Positions 60,746 to 64,000 of a stretch of DNA of 64,000 nt are shown in pieces. Origin of the DNA: Candidatus Obscuribacterales bacterium (GTDB taxonomy: Bacteria > Cyanobacteriota > Vampirovibrionia > Obscuribacterales > Obscuribacteraceae); assembly GCA_965228855.1 (NCBI GenBank), contig CBDDIJ010000003.1, positions 3,424,001-3,488,000 on the forward strand. Reading direction: 5' to 3'. The notes beneath the pieces are model-generated. The model was not told the DNA's origin. It did not search any database and saw only the letters and a list, made by a program, of their open reading frames with translations. Numbering within the stretch: position 1 is the first letter of the stretch; each line of letters opens with the position of its first letter. Made by a program: the position numbers and the translations under genes.

Positions 60746-61708
60746 TTGAGACTGAGGACAACATCAATGTTAAATGACGACACCATTCAAATCCCGCTCA
60801 GAGAACCGGTATTCAGCCTGGCGCTCCTTGCGATGGAGCCAGCGAATCGATTAAGTGCAGCTGCGACGATATCAGTTTATCCAAACAAAGAGTCAAAAGA
60901 GCACGTATCCAATGTCGTACAGAAATCATCGATAGTGTTAAGCGAACTGAAAGAGCAAGAACGCAAGCGGTTTTTCACAAATCTCGAATATTGCAATTTG
61001 AGCGAGGTAGAAACCGTCTATTGCAAGCGTGCCCAATCGATTTTGAATGTTTCAGCGACAAGGAACAGCGCCGCATTTTTCGACCCCTTCTGGGCTTGCC
61101 AGACCGTCGCTCGAGATATCAGCCAGGTTATAGACTCTGTGGTTATCGATCTTTATCAGGGCAACGTTGTCACCACAGGTGGTGACAGGGTCGATCAGGA
61201 AGCATTCGGAATTCCTCTCACAAACGCGTATTTAACTGTGAAGGCTTATCCCGACGAGGATGCACCAAACAGGTACAATCTCTTCACAGAAGGCATGAGC
61301 CGATTCGGATTGCCGGAACTAACACTTCCGAATTGCTCCACGAATCTACTTAACGACGGTGCTTACTTGCTTAGAGCTGTAGCGCAATTTCTGTGGGCAA
61401 AGCTCGAGCGCATTCATCCGGAGCAACCATTTCTTGAGCTGAGCAAGGAATTTGTCATACCAACAGAGTTTTGTGAGTATGGCAACCCAAACTTCCATGC
61501 GATTAAAGGACCGTCTATACCATTATCCCTTGAGGTTATTAGCGACGAGCATGAGACCATTCTTCTTTTGAAACAGCCGAGCCATTACGACGACTTCTAC
61601 GACTGGTTTCTAAGTGTCAACGAGGAAATTTTGGAACTCAGACTAAATATTCAACAGTTGCAGAACTCCGAGAACAGGCTTGCTATAACAGCAGATATCG
61701 CCGCTTAA
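60746..61708 (+). CDS. Hypothetical protein with TxGMxxFGLPEL motif (DUF4261/SUFU-like)
   Basis: FTEGMSRFGLPELTL motif. Probable ATG at 60767. Confidence 0.55.
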   Translation: MRLRTTSMLNDDTIQIPLREPVFSLALLAMEPANRLSAAATISVYPNKESKEHVSNVVQKSSIVLSELKEQERKRFFTNLEYCNLSEVETVYCKRAQSILNVSATRNSAAFFDPFWACQTVARDISQVIDSVVIDLYQGNVVTTGGDRVDQEAFGIPLTNAYLTVKAYPDEDAPNRYNLFTEGMSRFGLPELTLPNCSTNLLNDGAYLLRAVAQFLWAKLERIHPEQPFLELSKEFVIPTEFCEYGNPNFHAIKGPSIPLSLEVISDEHETILLLKQPSHYDDFYDWFLSVNEEILELRLNIQQLQNSENRLAITADIAA

Positions 61709-61794
61709 ACTTGCAGAGTTGCCAAGAAAGCCTGACGAGCCAAAGTCTCATAGAATAGAGAGTTATGGGCTTCCAACTGCTCTTGAGGTAACCA

Positions 61795-62196
61795 ATGTCT
61801 GACGACGGAATTCAGAAGCAACCGGCGCAACTCCAGGTTGAGATGGCATTATCGCGCACGATTCTTGCGTCAGATCGAACACTGCTTGCCTGGATCAGAA
61901 CGTCTCTCTCGCTATTCGGTTTTGGTTTCACCCTTGCAAAATTCATTCACGGCTACATCTCCAGTGGTGCCATGCGCGGTATCAACCCGGATACAACGAG
62001 AAACATCGGAGTGGCAATGATCGTGCTTGGTTTCTGCGGATTGATAGGCGGAATCTGGGAGCACTATAAAACGGTCAAGCAGCTCGAGATGCCGGCGCGA
62101 ATTTCGGTTGCATCTCCAGCGCTGTTTATGGCAGGCGCTCTTTCTCTAATCGGGCTTTACCTCGTGTACGACCTTATGACTGAGTCGATAAAATGA
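61795..62196 (+). CDS. DUF202 (YidH-family) inner membrane protein
   Basis: LASDRTLLAWIRTSLSLFGFGF motif. Three TM helices. Confidence 0.85.
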   Translation: MSDDGIQKQPAQLQVEMALSRTILASDRTLLAWIRTSLSLFGFGFTLAKFIHGYISSGAMRGINPDTTRNIGVAMIVLGFCGLIGGIWEHYKTVKQLEMPARISVASPALFMAGALSLIGLYLVYDLMTESIK

Positions 62197-62984
62197 AAAC
62201 AACTTTTCGCGTATTCTCGTTTACAGCGCTAATTGGCGCACTGATTCTGGCTTCAACGATGACACTCGAGGCAAACTCACAAGACATGAAATCAAATCCG
62301 AAGGACAGTTCCTCTTGCATGGAAAGACACGGTCATGATGACGGAAGCTCTAACCATGAGCATCAACATAAAAAACATTCATCATCGAAACACATGCACA
62401 AGCGCTTCGATGATGCGGAAAAGTGGGCGCAAAAATTTGACGATCCTAAGCGCGACGAATGGCAGAAACCTGACCAAGTCGTCGAGGCGCTGGCACTGCC
62501 GGAGGGCTCTGTTTTAGCAGATATCGGGGCCGGCACAGGATACTTCACCGTGCGACTGGCGAAACGCTATCCAAGTTCAAAAATAATCGCCGTCGATATA
62601 GAACCGGATATGGTGGCATACGTAAGCAATCGTGCAAAAGCGGCAGGGTTGAAAAACGTCGATACATGCCTGACATTTGCAGACAAGCCGGTCACATTGC
62701 CGGAGAAAGCCGATGTGATATTCATAGCAGACACCTATCACCACATCCCGAATCGCGATAAGTACTTTTCACAACTCAGACAGTTCCTCAAGCCGGACGG
62801 AGAACTCGTAATCATCGATTTCAAACTCGAATCGCCGGAAGGTCCGCCTATCGAACACCGCATTCGACCTCAAGACGTCAAGGACGAACTCAAGGAGGCA
62901 GGCTTCGAGCAAAAGAAGTCCATCGAAATTCTGCCTTACCAGTACTTCCTGGTGTTTACACTTATGGATAAAATCGGCAAATAA
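62193..62984 (+). CDS. Class I SAM-dependent methyltransferase with signal peptide and His-rich segment
   Basis: RDEWQKP, ADIGAGTGYF, AVDIE, DTYHHI, LKPDG, LPYQY. Overlaps the DUF202 stop by 4 bp. Confidence 0.85.
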   Translation: MKTTFRVFSFTALIGALILASTMTLEANSQDMKSNPKDSSSCMERHGHDDGSSNHEHQHKKHSSSKHMHKRFDDAEKWAQKFDDPKRDEWQKPDQVVEALALPEGSVLADIGAGTGYFTVRLAKRYPSSKIIAVDIEPDMVAYVSNRAKAAGLKNVDTCLTFADKPVTLPEKADVIFIADTYHHIPNRDKYFSQLRQFLKPDGELVIIDFKLESPEGPPIEHRIRPQDVKDELKEAGFEQKKSIEILPYQYFLVFTLMDKIGK

Positions 62985-63270
62985 AGTAAAGCCTCCAGAG
63001 ATGCTTAGAATATAAACTGGTAATGAACGAGGGACTGGGTTAAACGTCTACCTTCCTGCAGACGCGGGAGGTTTTGACGTAATTTGACCTCTGCACGGGC
63101 GCGGGAAGGTTCAGACAAACCAGGAACTCCGCGCAGGCGCGCGATTTTCAGGTTTAATCCGGACTACGTAATTTCCCCACTGACTTTCGATATTGCGGCG
63201 CTTATGATTCAATCCTGCTCGATTTCCACCGAACAAACCGCCGGAAATCACGTTACTCTCGCTCTCAAAA

Positions 63271-64000
63271 ATGGTGTCAAAAATGGACGAACTTTTCCAA
63301 GCAAATTCAGATACTAAGCTCGCTACTCCATATTCACGCAATGAAGTTACGCTCAACGCCCTGCGCAGCGATGCCATCGAAGACCTCATCAAGAAGGGTG
63401 TCGAGTCCTCGTCCTCCAGCACCGCGCGCAGTACTGCGCAAGGTCTTGAAGTAAACACCACAGATAACAAGACTCATCAGCAAAGCAAAATGGTCGTGTC
63501 TGGCTCGGGGGAATTCGAGGCCGGCTTCCATGGTTTCCACACAGATGATCAGTGGAAAGGCAATTTCACAATCAAATCGACTGAAAATGGCAAGACGTCC
63601 ACCGAAAAGGCAACTTTCGATTACAGTGGCTCGATGTGGGACAACATCATGGGTCGCACAGACAAGGCGAACGTGACGGTGCAACGCACCGGTCTCGATG
63701 GCAAACCTATTCAGACTTACGTTCCTGCAATCTCAGAGGAAGTGATTAAGAACGGCTCCTACGTCATGGACCCTAACGGGCAGCCACTCCGCCATGCAAG
63801 AGAGGCCGGCAGCTCGACGAATTGCCAACTCGATATGTCTAACTCCCGAGGCGGCAACTACGATTGCAACTATTTGATCAAAGACTCGCGTCTCGGCAAA
63901 GACATCAGCTACAACGAAACCCGCAAAGAGTGGGCCAGCGGAAGTCACGAATTCAGAGCTGTGCTCAGAGATAGACAAGGTACAGTGCTCGGCATCGTAA
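63271..64000 (+). CDS. Hypothetical protein, 3' partial (not in ORF track)
   Basis: Frame from ATG 63271 (MVSKMDELFQANSDTKL...) stays open to the window end. Confidence 0.6.
   Translation, partial: MVSKMDELFQANSDTKLATPYSRNEVTLNALRSDAIEDLIKKGVESSSSSTARSTAQGLEVNTTDNKTHQQSKMVVSGSGEFEAGFHGFHTDDQWKGNFTIKSTENGKTSTEKATFDYSGSMWDNIMGRTDKANVTVQRTGLDGKPIQTYVPAISEEVIKNGSYVMDPNGQPLRHAREAGSSTNCQLDMSNSRGGNYDCNYLIKDSRLGKDISYNETRKEWASGSHEFRAVLRDRQGTVLGIV

Overview
Bacterial chromosomal window (~50% GC, densely coding; no rRNA, complete tRNA, CRISPR array or IS seen). The gene repertoire (paralogous Cys-rich/LRR Ser/Thr kinases, kinesin-light-chain-type TPR, large low-complexity secreted proteins) resembles Melainabacteria/Obscuribacterales; this assignment is an inference. 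Recognisable genes include a formylglycine-generating enzyme, bacterial alpha-2-macroglobulin, speD, an OmpR-type two-component pair, rnhA, an SPFH/slipin, a class II uvrA, topB, a Tag-like glycosylase, SanA, rmuC, a TM0106-type nuclease-helicase, an HTH-WYL regulator, Tad-like pseudopilins and an OPT transporter. The most notable structure is at 41.8-50.8 kb. A decayed class CL (IIB) group II intron (46922-48960; ends supported by domain I closure, EBS1/IBS1 pairing and DV/DVI) sits inside a palindromic site between the divergent nuclease-helicase/rmuC operon and the WYL gene. Removing the intron rebuilds a near-identical copy of a perfect palindrome found just downstream of the WYL gene (50068-50094). 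Both copies show TCGCAG-N10-TA(A/G)GCT pointing into adjacent genes, the geometry of PafBC-type activated promoters, suggesting an undescribed WYL-controlled DNA-damage or defence regulon. Other candidates: an RHS-like protein with a papain-like cysteine protease motif plus a small downstream partner, a tandem Cys-rich module on two kinases, an LD(A/S)IPTPG repeat protein and several possible structured RNAs.
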